Below are positions 1 through 8,800 of a stretch of 64,000 nucleotides of DNA, in pieces. The notes below the pieces were generated by a model. That model did not search any database. It had not been told where the DNA came from and saw only the letters and a program-made list of their open reading frames with translations. The position numbers were made by a program, and so were the translations under genes. Source of the DNA: a virus (Duplodnaviria > Caudoviricetes); IMG/VR virus record IMGVR_UViG_3300026493_000002; one strand, written 5' to 3'. Position 1 is the stretch's first letter; each line of letters begins with the position of its first letter.

Positions 1-16
1 TTGGAAATGGAACCGG

Positions 17-1831
17 TCATGCCTTTACCTCCTCTTGATCTTTCTTGGATTGGTCAACCAGCCAGCTCACGAAGCGCTTGGACAGGTCTTCCAGTTCGGT
101 GTCGCTCAGCTTGTCCTTGCGTTCGGCCTTGGCCAGCTCTTCTTCGGACTCGTCGTGAATATCGTCATCCCACGAGGCCGACTCGGAGGCAGAATCGCCG
201 CCGGAGAACTTGAAGCCACCGCCTTCAACAAACTTGGCGACGTAGTGGTGCATGGGACCCGGACCAGCGAGAGCGCCAATGCCTGCACCGACACCAACGA
301 CGACGATAGCGCTGGCGAGCAGCGCCAAGCCCTTGATGGCCTTGCGCTTGTCTTCATCGTCACCGGTGCCATTGAGCATACGCTTCATGCTGCCGAGCGT
401 GGACTTGGACGCGCGCTGCTTCACGGCGTTGACAACCGGAGTGAAGAAGCCCTTCTTCTTGCTGGCTTCATGCAGCTGGTCGGCAGTCTCCGCATGGATC
501 TGCGGCTCTTCCTCTTCCTCTTCCTCCTCTTCCTCGGAGTCGTTCTCGCTGTCACCGTCAGCGTCTTCGGTGTTGCCTTCGTTCGCTTCCTGCTCGGCAT
601 CCATTTCCGCAACGAGGTCGTCGAGCACCTTGTCCTGCTCGTTGGTGAGTTCGGGAGCAACGTCCTCGCCGGGCTTCAAGCCCTCTTCCTGACGCTGCTC
701 GTTGGCCTTCTCGGCCTGTTGGTCCAACTCCTTGACGACACGTACCGCATCCTTGCCCTTGCCAGCGAGACGCTTGTTGGCGCGGCGCTTCTTCTCGACC
801 TTGCGGCGATAGGCACGTGCGTACTTGCTGTTCGGATGACGTTCGAGGTAGGAACGCTTTGCCTTGGGCGACAGCGAACGCCACCACGAACTCTCCTTGG
901 CACGCAACGGGCTTGCCTTGGATTCGACAGTCATCAGTCCGTCGTTGTCGAAGGAGAAGCCGATCTTGCTCGGTGCGAATGCGGGTGGCGTCGGCTCGTC
1001 CTCGACGATGGCGATCATCACACGACTGATCGAGGACTGCCCTTCCATTTCCTCGCTGATCGGCTCTTCCTCGTCAGCGAACATTTCGGGGTTCTCGACC
1101 TCGTCCTCGACTTCATCGTCCAGTTCGTTCAACTCGTCGTCGTTAAGGTCGTCGCTGATGACCGGGAAGGTGATGTTGGACATGTTGTGGTCGACGCCGG
1201 GCTTGGCCCAACGATTGGGCGCACGCCAACGCATCGGGTCGATTTCAGCGATGCGACCGCGATACAGGCCGGCGTTGTTCATCGGACGACCCGCACCAGC
1301 GATAGCCTCCAGTTCACCCGACTCCTGCAACTCCACAAAGCGAGCGGCGAAGTCGAAGATACGCTGGCTGTGAGCGAGACTGATCTGAGCATCGAGCGCG
1401 CCCAGTTCGGTGTTCAGCGCCTGCTGTACGTCCTCGCGCTGGTTGTTCTCGTTGAAGCACGACGAGACGTGCTGTCCGGGTCGGCAACGGCAACGCATCG
1501 GACTGTTGCGGGAAGCGCGCCGTGCATCATCCTTGGTGAAGAAGCGGGACGGACCCGGCATCGCACCTTCGGCGTCTGCACGCCTCGCAGCCTCTCGCAG
1601 CGTCTCGACGGGAATACCACGTGGACGAACAGCCTGACCCGTTTGGTCCAGCTCGCCGACAGGGAAGCCATTGAGCTTGAGGATGTTCGTGTGGATGACC
1701 TCAGCGCGCTCTTCCACGTTCTCGGTACGTTGCTGCTGGGCCTTCTGCATTGCACGGTCCCACAGTGCAAGCAGGAACTGGATGATGGACTCTTCCAGTT
1801 CGGGAGAGAGGATCTTGGACTGTTCGCACAC
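17..1831 (-). CDS. Hypothetical 604-aa protein, possible internal head or ejection protein
   Basis: GTG start with AGGAG RBS; D/E-rich tracts, basic WWRSLSPKAKRSYLERHPNSK segment, one hydrophobic Gly-rich segment near the C-terminus, SASESAS motif. Confidence 0.6.
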   Translation of the reverse strand: MCEQSKILSPELEESIIQFLLALWDRAMQKAQQQRTENVEERAEVIHTNILKLNGFPVGELDQTGQAVRPRGIPVETLREAARRADAEGAMPGPSRFFTKDDARRASRNSPMRCRCRPGQHVSSCFNENNQREDVQQALNTELGALDAQISLAHSQRIFDFAARFVELQESGELEAIAGAGRPMNNAGLYRGRIAEIDPMRWRAPNRWAKPGVDHNMSNITFPVISDDLNDDELNELDDEVEDEVENPEMFADEEEPISEEMEGQSSISRVMIAIVEDEPTPPAFAPSKIGFSFDNDGLMTVESKASPLRAKESSWWRSLSPKAKRSYLERHPNSKYARAYRRKVEKKRRANKRLAGKGKDAVRVVKELDQQAEKANEQRQEEGLKPGEDVAPELTNEQDKVLDDLVAEMDAEQEANEGNTEDADGDSENDSEEEEEEEEEEPQIHAETADQLHEASKKKGFFTPVVNAVKQRASKSTLGSMKRMLNGTGDDEDKRKAIKGLALLASAIVVVGVGAGIGALAGPGPMHHYVAKFVEGGGFKFSGGDSASESASWDDDIHDESEEELAKAERKDKLSDTELEDLSKRFVSWLVDQSKKDQEEVKA

Positions 1832-1843
1832 GATGGTGTTCTC

Positions 1844-2797
1844 CTAGGTGCCGGTGTATGGCACGTACTTGGGACGCCGCTCGCGCAGTACCTTTACCGG
1901 ATACTCGCGGCTGATCTGGAACAGGGAACGATTCCCGTACTCCTTCAATGGCGTCTTCGATTTGATGCTGTACTTCTCGACGTTGCCCCACCATCGGGTC
2001 GGGTCACAGCCTGCGGTGTTGAGGCACAGATTGCGATCCTTGATCGGGTTGCCGCCGTTGTAGAACGTGGCGAGGAACGCCATCTTGTTGTCGAGGTCAG
2101 CGGTCTCCCACTTGATCGAACCCCAGTTCACCTTGTTCTTGACCACGATGGCCATGATCTGCAAACGGGGATTGTAGCGATCTTCCCAGTCCCATCCGCG
2201 CAAACTGGGATGCTGAGTTTTGACCTCTGCCCACGCATCGAATCGCAGGCTGCCATCGGCACGCCATGCTTTCGTCAACTGCCCGAGCCCGAACCCGTAC
2301 TCACGACTTGTCTTGAGTTCGGCACGTGGGTTCCAGCACTTGGAATGAGTGAGCGTGATGCACGACTCCTGCTCGATCTGAGCGGGGAAGTAGGAACGCA
2401 TCGGCATGTCGGGCCACACTTCATCAATGGCAGCGATCACGTCCGGCATCAACTTCTCTGCATTCGCAGGAATCTTGGGAAGCGGCTTTGCAGGCTGCTT
2501 GACCTCTTCCGGAGGATGCACCTGTTCCGTGGCGATGGGCGTCGGCGTGGGTGCCGGCAGTTCGGGCTTCGGCGTCGGGATGGGCTCGGGCGGCATCGAC
2601 ACGTCGGGGACGTTGATACCGATTTCCTGCAACACAGGCTGTTCCTTTACAGCTTCCAGAACCTCACCCTGCACGTCCGAGTTGGCGCCAACCTGTTCCG
2701 CCAACTGCTCGCTCTGCTTCACTTCCTGGTCGACTTTCTTGGAGCAGCCAACGGTCATCAGCGCAGCGGCAAGCAGTACTCCGTAACGAATCTTCAT
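1844..2797 (-). CDS. Lytic transglycosylase (SLT-like) endolysin with lipoprotein signal peptide and Pro-rich linker, 317 aa
   Basis: Start MKIRYGVLLAAALMTVGC (AAGGA RBS, lipobox-like TVGC); AQIEQES catalytic Glu motif, GLGQLT and YNGG lysozyme-superfamily motifs; adjacent to holin. Confidence 0.85.
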   Translation of the reverse strand: MKIRYGVLLAAALMTVGCSKKVDQEVKQSEQLAEQVGANSDVQGEVLEAVKEQPVLQEIGINVPDVSMPPEPIPTPKPELPAPTPTPIATEQVHPPEEVKQPAKPLPKIPANAEKLMPDVIAAIDEVWPDMPMRSYFPAQIEQESCITLTHSKCWNPRAELKTSREYGFGLGQLTKAWRADGSLRFDAWAEVKTQHPSLRGWDWEDRYNPRLQIMAIVVKNKVNWGSIKWETADLDNKMAFLATFYNGGNPIKDRNLCLNTAGCDPTRWWGNVEKYSIKSKTPLKEYGNRSLFQISREYPVKVLRERRPKYVPYTGT

Positions 2798-2836
2798 GTC
2801 AGGTCCTTGCGTTGGATGATGTGCTTCAACGGCAAA

Positions 2837-2867
2837 CACCGGCTGTAGAGCTAGTCCACAGCCGGTG
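2837..2867. other. Perfect 10-bp inverted repeat between holin and lysin
   Basis: CACCGGCTGT (2837-2846) and ACAGCCGGTG (2858-2867). Confidence 0.8.
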
Positions 2868-2876
2868 CCGTATCGC

Positions 2877-3215
2877 TTACTTGAAGAAGTCCGCAGCCAC
2901 CAGCATGATGGTGCAGATGACGAGGCAGAATCCGAAGAACATGATGGATGCGCCCTGCGCGGTCTGTGCAGCCTTCGCCGCCACGTCACCGAGCTTCACG
3001 TACGGGAAGAGGACCTTCCGCAGGAAGTGGCTGATCAGGGCGATGGCGAACAGGAAGCCGAACACGTACTTCACGACCAGCAGCGCGCTCCAGTCCGGTG
3101 CGAAGCACAGGATGCAGGCGAGGATGAGCGGGATGGTACGGAAGAACTCCTTGGTGAACCAGCGGCTGTTGGTGAGGTCGAAGTTCTTGATGAACTCCCG
3201 GATACGATCAAACAT
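2877..3215 (-). CDS. Putative holin, 112 aa, about 3 transmembrane segments
   Basis: Small, strongly hydrophobic protein directly upstream of the transglycosylase. Confidence 0.7.
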   Translation of the reverse strand: MFDRIREFIKNFDLTNSRWFTKEFFRTIPLILACILCFAPDWSALLVVKYVFGFLFAIALISHFLRKVLFPYVKLGDVAAKAAQTAQGASIMFFGFCLVICTIMLVAADFFK

Positions 3216-3263
3216 GGGTCTGCCCCTTGGCGTGGTTGGTGAAAGCCCTTTCGGACTGGTTAT

Positions 3264-3271
3264 AAATTACG
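3264..3271 (-). promoter_or_regulatory. Putative late promoter CGTAATTT upstream of the lysis genes
   Basis: Recurring intergenic motif about 50 nt upstream of the holin ATG. Confidence 0.65.
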
Positions 3272-3280
3272 TTTCCCGGA

Positions 3281-3904
3281 TTAGATCCCGGATGCGTTCT
3301 TCACGATGGTCGGGTTGAGGTTGATGACCAGGTTCAGGCCGGTGTTGGTGATGACAGTGCGCTTGACACGCGAGCCCACACGTGGCGCCTCGACTTCATA
3401 GCCATTCGAGGAACTCGGGATGACGGTATCATCGTCACCAAGCACCGCGCGGAAGCCATCTTCCGAACGCGACGAGAACTTGAAGTAGCTGTCGAACGAT
3501 ACCTGCAGGTCCAACGTAATGTCGGACACGCGCTGCGACGATCCGTCTTCCGGAGGATTGTCATCCGAAGGAGTCACGTAGCTCTGCGTGGAAGGTTTCG
3601 TGTCGTACACAGGTAGCAGACGAGAGTCCATCTTCTGCGTGCCGATATCACGTATGGCCATAACCGGAAGTGAGGCCCGCGTCATGTAGCAGCACGCGGG
3701 ATTGATCTTGGTGGCACCAACCACACGCACCTCGAGTACGCGACGATCCAGTGGCTTGTTCGATACCGGAAGACCTTTCGAGAAGAGTCCCGGCATCTGG
3801 ACACGATTCTGTGCAGAAGGCGTCCTGTCATACACTGGAAGGTTGCGCTGGTCAATGTTCATCCCGCCGTCGTTACGGCTGAGGCGTACAATCAACTCGG
3901 GCAT
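3281..3904 (-). CDS. Hypothetical virion-associated protein, 207 aa
   Basis: AGGAG RBS; last gene of a unit under a late-promoter motif; internal duplicated LPVYD-x-x-PS motif. Confidence 0.55.
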   Translation of the reverse strand: MPELIVRLSRNDGGMNIDQRNLPVYDRTPSAQNRVQMPGLFSKGLPVSNKPLDRRVLEVRVVGATKINPACCYMTRASLPVMAIRDIGTQKMDSRLLPVYDTKPSTQSYVTPSDDNPPEDGSSQRVSDITLDLQVSFDSYFKFSSRSEDGFRAVLGDDDTVIPSSSNGYEVEAPRVGSRVKRTVITNTGLNLVINLNPTIVKNASGI

Positions 3905-3915
3905 TGTCCTTCTCC

Positions 3916-5742
3916 TTACTGCAGGTAGGCATCCACGTTGACGTTGCCGCTGCCGTTGATGAAGATTTTGATGCGCGTTGCAGCCGTTGCCGAACTGACG
4001 AGGGTCCGCTGCACGGTGCCGTCATCGAACGTCGCGCCCTTCAACACTACACGCATGGAGCGCGAAATGCGATCGCCCGCGAAGCTGTAGGCGTTCAGGT
4101 CCACGTCCTGCTCGACGGTGCTGCCCGAGTAGTTGATCGACACCGGATTGCCGACATACGTGACCTCGACGGTGGCGCTCAGGTCGAGATTGAACACGTA
4201 CACCTTGCAGTCCACGTCCTCGACCCAGATCTGGCCAGAGGTGTCGAGGTGCAGGCGCGTGATGCCGGACGGGATACCGCGATACTGCGACACGGTGTAG
4301 CCCTTGGTCGTCGCGTTCCACGTCAGGATACCGAAGCCGGACGCGTTGTACACGATCAGGGTTTTGCCGTCGGCGCTCGCGGTGAACTGCGAGAGGATCA
4401 CACCGTAGCCGAACGCATCGCTGTAGTGCTTCACGTAGGTCAGCTTCGACGGGTCGGTCGCGTCGATCTTGAAGACGACCAGCTGGTGACGCGCAACCGG
4501 AGTGTAGGATTCGGTGTCACGGGTCAGGATGCCGTTGTTGTGGCCGTAGCAGACCAAGAAGTCATCCGTGCCGTCCTTCACCAGCCACGAAGAAATCTGA
4601 CCGCGCGTGGTAGTGGCATCCACGTCGCCAGGAGCCAGCAGAGTCAGACCAGCCGGCAGGCCAGTGATCGTACAGGTTGCCATGTTGACTTCGGGGTTGT
4701 AAGTCGTACCCGTACTCAGGACTGCAGGCAGATTCTTCGGCAGAACCATCATGCGGATCTGATACGTGTCATCTGCTGGGATGGTGTCAGGCATGTAATA
4801 CACGCCCTCGACGTCCAGACCAACCGGCGACTTTGCCAGCAGCCCAGTAGGTGCACCAAACGTATAGCGCAAGGTGGTCGTCGGCTGATAGAAACGAGTC
4901 GGTGCGATCTGACCAGTCTGCGGATCAAACGCGAAGTAGCGAATGGCCTGTTGACTGATAGAAAGAAAGCTGTTCCACAGGATCGGATACACGACGAAGA
5001 TCAAACGACCGTCGCCCAGCGTGGTCAGGTAGCGGAAGGCCTTGTTCGTCATGAACGCATCCGCGCCGCCGTTCGCAACCGAGGACTGACTGGAGTTCTG
5101 GGACATTGCGGCATGATTTGCCCAGATGTTGAACATGGACCACGCCCACGTCGTCTTGTCCACGTTGAGGATTCGCATACGCTGAGCCAAATCCGTGGTC
5201 GTGGTCGTAGCGCCACTAGGCGCGTATGCGACGGACATACGAACGTACACGAAGAACGTGGTTGCGTTCTCAGCGATGATCTGCGCGTGTTCGATGAAGT
5301 TCCACTGGTCCTGCTGGCGGTAGAAGTTGCCGGCGACGCGTGGAATGGTGCTCTTGAACGCTACGTCGTTGGCGTCGGTAACCTGACAGATGGAGTCGGT
5401 CACCATGACGAACTTCTGGCCAGCAGTCGGGCCCGACGTCGAAGTGAACACACCGCCGGCAGGTCCCATGCCTAGCAGGAACTGCGCACCGGCAAGATGC
5501 ACACCCATGTTCTGGTCGATGTTGAGGAACTTGGCGCTGTCGCGGATGATGGTGCCGCCTGCGCCCTTGAGACTGAGCGCAGAGGATTCAAAGGGGACAG
5601 GGCATGGGTTGGCACGGTCGAAGCCAACAGGAGTCATATCGCGCCTGGCGAGTTGACCACCGAACAGGTAGTTGTCACCCAGATCGACGATGTTGCGCAG
5701 TACGGACGGCAGCTTGTATTGGGCGCGGGGAAGGGAAGCCAT
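3916..5742 (-). CDS. Putative fibre or receptor-binding structural protein, 608 aa, beta-rich (possible propeller)
   Basis: Thr/Gly/aromatic-rich beta composition; located in the fibre region; GAGGT RBS. Confidence 0.55.
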   Translation of the reverse strand: MASLPRAQYKLPSVLRNIVDLGDNYLFGGQLARRDMTPVGFDRANPCPVPFESSALSLKGAGGTIIRDSAKFLNIDQNMGVHLAGAQFLLGMGPAGGVFTSTSGPTAGQKFVMVTDSICQVTDANDVAFKSTIPRVAGNFYRQQDQWNFIEHAQIIAENATTFFVYVRMSVAYAPSGATTTTTDLAQRMRILNVDKTTWAWSMFNIWANHAAMSQNSSQSSVANGGADAFMTNKAFRYLTTLGDGRLIFVVYPILWNSFLSISQQAIRYFAFDPQTGQIAPTRFYQPTTTLRYTFGAPTGLLAKSPVGLDVEGVYYMPDTIPADDTYQIRMMVLPKNLPAVLSTGTTYNPEVNMATCTITGLPAGLTLLAPGDVDATTTRGQISSWLVKDGTDDFLVCYGHNNGILTRDTESYTPVARHQLVVFKIDATDPSKLTYVKHYSDAFGYGVILSQFTASADGKTLIVYNASGFGILTWNATTKGYTVSQYRGIPSGITRLHLDTSGQIWVEDVDCKVYVFNLDLSATVEVTYVGNPVSINYSGSTVEQDVDLNAYSFAGDRISRSMRVVLKGATFDDGTVQRTLVSSATAATRIKIFINGSGNVNVDAYLQ

Positions 5743-5750
5743 TGGTTACC

Positions 5751-6185
5751 TCACAGAACTTTGAAAGTGACCTCGAGACCCGGATCCGAGTCGAGGCGGT
5801 AAGATGCGTACGGCTGGGGAATGCTGATCGGCGTGTACTCTTTGTTGAGTTGCACCGTCTCCAGGGTTTCTTCACTTCCCTTGTCGACCAGCAACAGGGT
5901 CTTCGCCTCCTGCTGCGGCTTGTACACCAGTGCAGACAGGATAAGACCGTCACCGACATGGTTCGCAACGTCGATGACCTGATAAGTGTCCGTGTCCAGC
6001 GTGATCGTCTTGACGGAAGAACCGCCATCACTGCCGACAGGCTTCCATTCACCGTTTGAGCCCACATACAGACCAGGAGCAAAGTCTCCGGACTGCTGAC
6101 TGAGGAACACGATCTTTGCCGTGTCACTGGCGGGCGGCTGCGGAAGAACCGCAACGGGAACGAACGTAAGGCTATCGTGAAGCAT
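5751..6185 (-). CDS. Structural or adaptor protein, 144 aa, sharing an N-terminal domain with the 481-aa fibre
   Basis: MLHDSLTF...GDFAPGLY...GEW aligns with MLTDSLTY...GDFEPGLY...TEW at 10246; AAGGAG RBS. Confidence 0.6.
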   Translation of the reverse strand: MLHDSLTFVPVAVLPQPPASDTAKIVFLSQQSGDFAPGLYVGSNGEWKPVGSDGGSSVKTITLDTDTYQVIDVANHVGDGLILSALVYKPQQEAKTLLLVDKGSEETLETVQLNKEYTPISIPQPYASYRLDSDPGLEVTFKVL

Positions 6186-6210
6186 GGCTGTCTCCTTTTG
6201 TGCTGATTAG

Positions 6211-6220
6211 AAATTACGAA
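6211..6220 (-). promoter_or_regulatory. Putative late promoter TTCGTAATTT
   Basis: Motif 26 nt upstream of ATG 6185, immediately after a terminator-like hairpin. Confidence 0.75.
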
Positions 6221-6242
6221 CTAGGGAGTAGCCACAAGCGAA

Positions 6243-6273
6243 GGGCCGGCTGAGTTGAATGCCCAGCCGGCCC
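6243..6273 (-). terminator. Terminator-like hairpin ending the paralog operon
   Basis: GGGCCGGCTG / CAGCCGGCCC perfect 10-bp stem just after stop 6280; weak U tract. Confidence 0.6.
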
Positions 6274-6279
6274 GATGCG

Positions 6280-6498
6280 TTACAGCTTGTCGGTGTCGAG
6301 CACCACGTCCGGATCGTCGATCAGTTCCACCACCTCGAGGCCCTTGATGTTCACGGGTTCGCGGGTGGCGATGTAGTCGAGACCGTCGATGGTCGTGCGG
6401 TAATGATCCACGGTCATGACCGGATCACCAGTCACGAGGTAGTAGTTCAGGCCCGGATCGAAGTAGTTGTGGATGATGCTGCGTGCAACCTTTGCCAT
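6280..6498 (-). CDS. Hypothetical protein, 72 aa
   Basis: AGGAG RBS; fills the gap in the operon. Confidence 0.6.
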   Translation of the reverse strand: MAKVARSIIHNYFDPGLNYYLVTGDPVMTVDHYRTTIDGLDYIATREPVNIKGLEVVELIDDPDVVLDTDKL

Positions 6499-6509
6499 GG
6501 TGACTCTCC

Positions 6510-6872
6510 TTACTCGCTAAAGGAAACGAAGTTGGCGTACTTCGAGTCCAAGTTGAGGTTCTGTTCAAAGCCCGCCGCGATGCCCTGATAGGTACTCAGT
6601 GCGTCGATGGAGAACTGTGGTGTGTTGGACGTGTCGCCGAAGCGGAAGAACTCCTTCACGTCGCCGGGTGCTGCGTTGCCCAGAGGGTTGTCGAAGATGC
6701 CCATGACGTTCTGGGTAGAACGGTACGGACTTTCGGCAATCACCTGTTCACGCTTTACACTCTGCATCCCAGAAATGTCGTACTGGATGTTGATACGACC
6801 GTACTCGGGATACGCAACGAGAGTGGCCATCTTCTGCTCGCGGATGCCCTCGACGAGACCAAGATCAGCCAT
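6510..6872 (-). CDS. Hypothetical structural protein, 120 aa
   Basis: Coupled to the upstream paralog stop; normal codon usage. Confidence 0.6.
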   Translation of the reverse strand: MADLGLVEGIREQKMATLVAYPEYGRINIQYDISGMQSVKREQVIAESPYRSTQNVMGIFDNPLGNAAPGDVKEFFRFGDTSNTPQFSIDALSTYQGIAAGFEQNLNLDSKYANFVSFSE

Positions 6873-6878
6873 GAGTGC

Positions 6879-7817
6879 TTACTCCGGAATGGCGAAGCGG
6901 CCGCCGCCAGTTGTTGCCAGGATGTAATGGTTGCGGGTCTCGACGCCGTTCGGATCGTAGAAGCCGTTTGCATCGACGCGCATACGGATCTTGTCCATGT
7001 TGGCGCCGGTGTTCAGCGACAGCAGCTTGAGACCGTACACACGTCCACGAATCAACTGCTGGTTGTAGTCCACGCTGTACGGCGTGAAGGCCATCGGATA
7101 GCCCGACGACGACAGCTTGTTGGGCCCACTCGGCAGGCAGTTCAGCAGGCTGGCTGCGAAGCTGCGGGTCTGACCTGCGATGGTCGTGATACCCTGCGAG
7201 TTGCTGGCGCTCTGACCAGTTGCACCAGTCACAGCCTGACGCGGGAACGACAGGCAATGCGGCAGTTTGTCCGACGTGTTGTAGGTGTTCGACGTGACGG
7301 CGAGCATCATGGCGCCCTGCGCGAGCGCGAACAGCGGGAACTGACCGGCAACTTCTTCCGGATTGTCCTTGCTGATTTCCACGCAGCCGACGAAGGCCTG
7401 ACCGATAGAGGCGCCCCAGGTTTCATCGGCACGTCGCACGGTCACGATTGCGTATCGCGCGCTGCCGAAGACGAACACGGTGCTGCCCGCGGCGGCACCA
7501 ACGTCCATCGCCATGTACTGGGCGTTCGCACCCCACGCGAAGGAGATATTGGTCAGCGCCGTGCCGTTCCAGCCTTCGCCGACGTTGAAGGCGATGTTGT
7601 TGCCGGAGGCGAAGATGTTGAGGAACTTGTACGTCACGCCGTCCACACACGGAGCGCGCAGGACGTAGTTACCGGAAGCAGGCGTTGCCGCGACTTCTTC
7701 CCAGCCCATGGACGTCAGTGCGTTCTTGATGGCGGCAGCGACCTCATTGGTCGTGGAGTTGGGTGCGACGGACAGAGCTTGCGAACGCTCACCCAACGGA
7801 TTTACGGTGACAGTCAT
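6879..7817 (-). CDS. Fibre-like virion protein, paralog family member (312 aa)
   Basis: Shared motifs LRA...DG...KFL, EISKDN, RGRVYGLK, RFAIP. Confidence 0.65.
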   Translation of the reverse strand: MTVTVNPLGERSQALSVAPNSTTNEVAAAIKNALTSMGWEEVAATPASGNYVLRAPCVDGVTYKFLNIFASGNNIAFNVGEGWNGTALTNISFAWGANAQYMAMDVGAAAGSTVFVFGSARYAIVTVRRADETWGASIGQAFVGCVEISKDNPEEVAGQFPLFALAQGAMMLAVTSNTYNTSDKLPHCLSFPRQAVTGATGQSASNSQGITTIAGQTRSFAASLLNCLPSGPNKLSSSGYPMAFTPYSVDYNQQLIRGRVYGLKLLSLNTGANMDKIRMRVDANGFYDPNGVETRNHYILATTGGGRFAIPE

Positions 7818-7835
7818 CTTGAACTCCTGTTGGGA

Positions 7836-8786
7836 TTAAGCCGGAATGGCGAAGCGGGCACCCAGCGCACTCTCGGTGAGGACGTAGTGCTTGGTGTCCA
7901 CGCCAGTCGGCGAGTAGAACTGGTTGCTGTCGCACTTGATATCCACGGTGTCGAGCATGGAGCCGATGTTCTTGCCCATGAGCTTGATGCCGTAGAAGCG
8001 GCCACGCACGTTGAAGTTCGCAGCGGTGCCGAAGCCCGAACTTACCGCATACGGCGTGAAGGCAAACAGGTTGCCTGCGGCAGAGAGCGGATTGGGCACG
8101 GCCGGCAGCTGGTCAGCGAGACGTGCGCTTGCCGACTGGGACGACGTACTGCCAGCAATGGTCGTAACCGTGTTCGATGCCGAGGCGTTCACTGCGGTCT
8201 GCCCACTGATGGTACGCGGATAGGAGAAGCAATGCAGCGCCGATGCGGAAGTGCACAGACTGCCGACGAAGCCCGGACCACATGCCCATGCGGCAATCGG
8301 GTTGGCGCCGTCAACCTCATCAGCGTTGTCCTTGCTGATCTCCAGCACGCCAGTCCAGGACAGACCGGTTGCTGCTCCGAACACGCCGTCCGAAGTACGC
8401 GACAGCATGATGAAGTAGCGGGCAGTGACGAACAGGAACATGCTGCCGCCGGATGCGAGCGTCAGACGCTGCCAGTAAGCAGCAGTAGTACCGAAGTTCG
8501 CAGCGTTGGTGCCAGTCGAAGTCGTTTCGTTCCACGACTCCCAGACCTGCATCTGGATGGAACCGTTGCTCGACGTAGAGTACGCCAGTTCGAGGTACTT
8601 GAAGCCCACGCCGTCCGCGTTGCGGGCACGCAGCACCAGACGCTGACCAGTAACCTGATGGTGTACCGTCCAGCCATGTGCAACTGCGAAGACGCGGATG
8701 GCGGCGAGGATTTCGTCAGCCGTGGAGCCTGCGGTGTAAGCAACAACGCCCGAGTTCGGCCCGAGCGTGGTAGTGGTGATAGCCAT
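7836..8786 (-). CDS. Fibre-like virion protein, paralog family member (316 aa)
   Basis: LGPNS N-terminus, EISKDN, RGRFYGIK, RFAIPA. Confidence 0.65.
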   Translation of the reverse strand: MAITTTTLGPNSGVVAYTAGSTADEILAAIRVFAVAHGWTVHHQVTGQRLVLRARNADGVGFKYLELAYSTSSNGSIQMQVWESWNETTSTGTNAANFGTTAAYWQRLTLASGGSMFLFVTARYFIMLSRTSDGVFGAATGLSWTGVLEISKDNADEVDGANPIAAWACGPGFVGSLCTSASALHCFSYPRTISGQTAVNASASNTVTTIAGSTSSQSASARLADQLPAVPNPLSAAGNLFAFTPYAVSSGFGTAANFNVRGRFYGIKLMGKNIGSMLDTVDIKCDSNQFYSPTGVDTKHYVLTESALGARFAIPA

Positions 8787-8800
8787 GAATCAGTCTCCTG

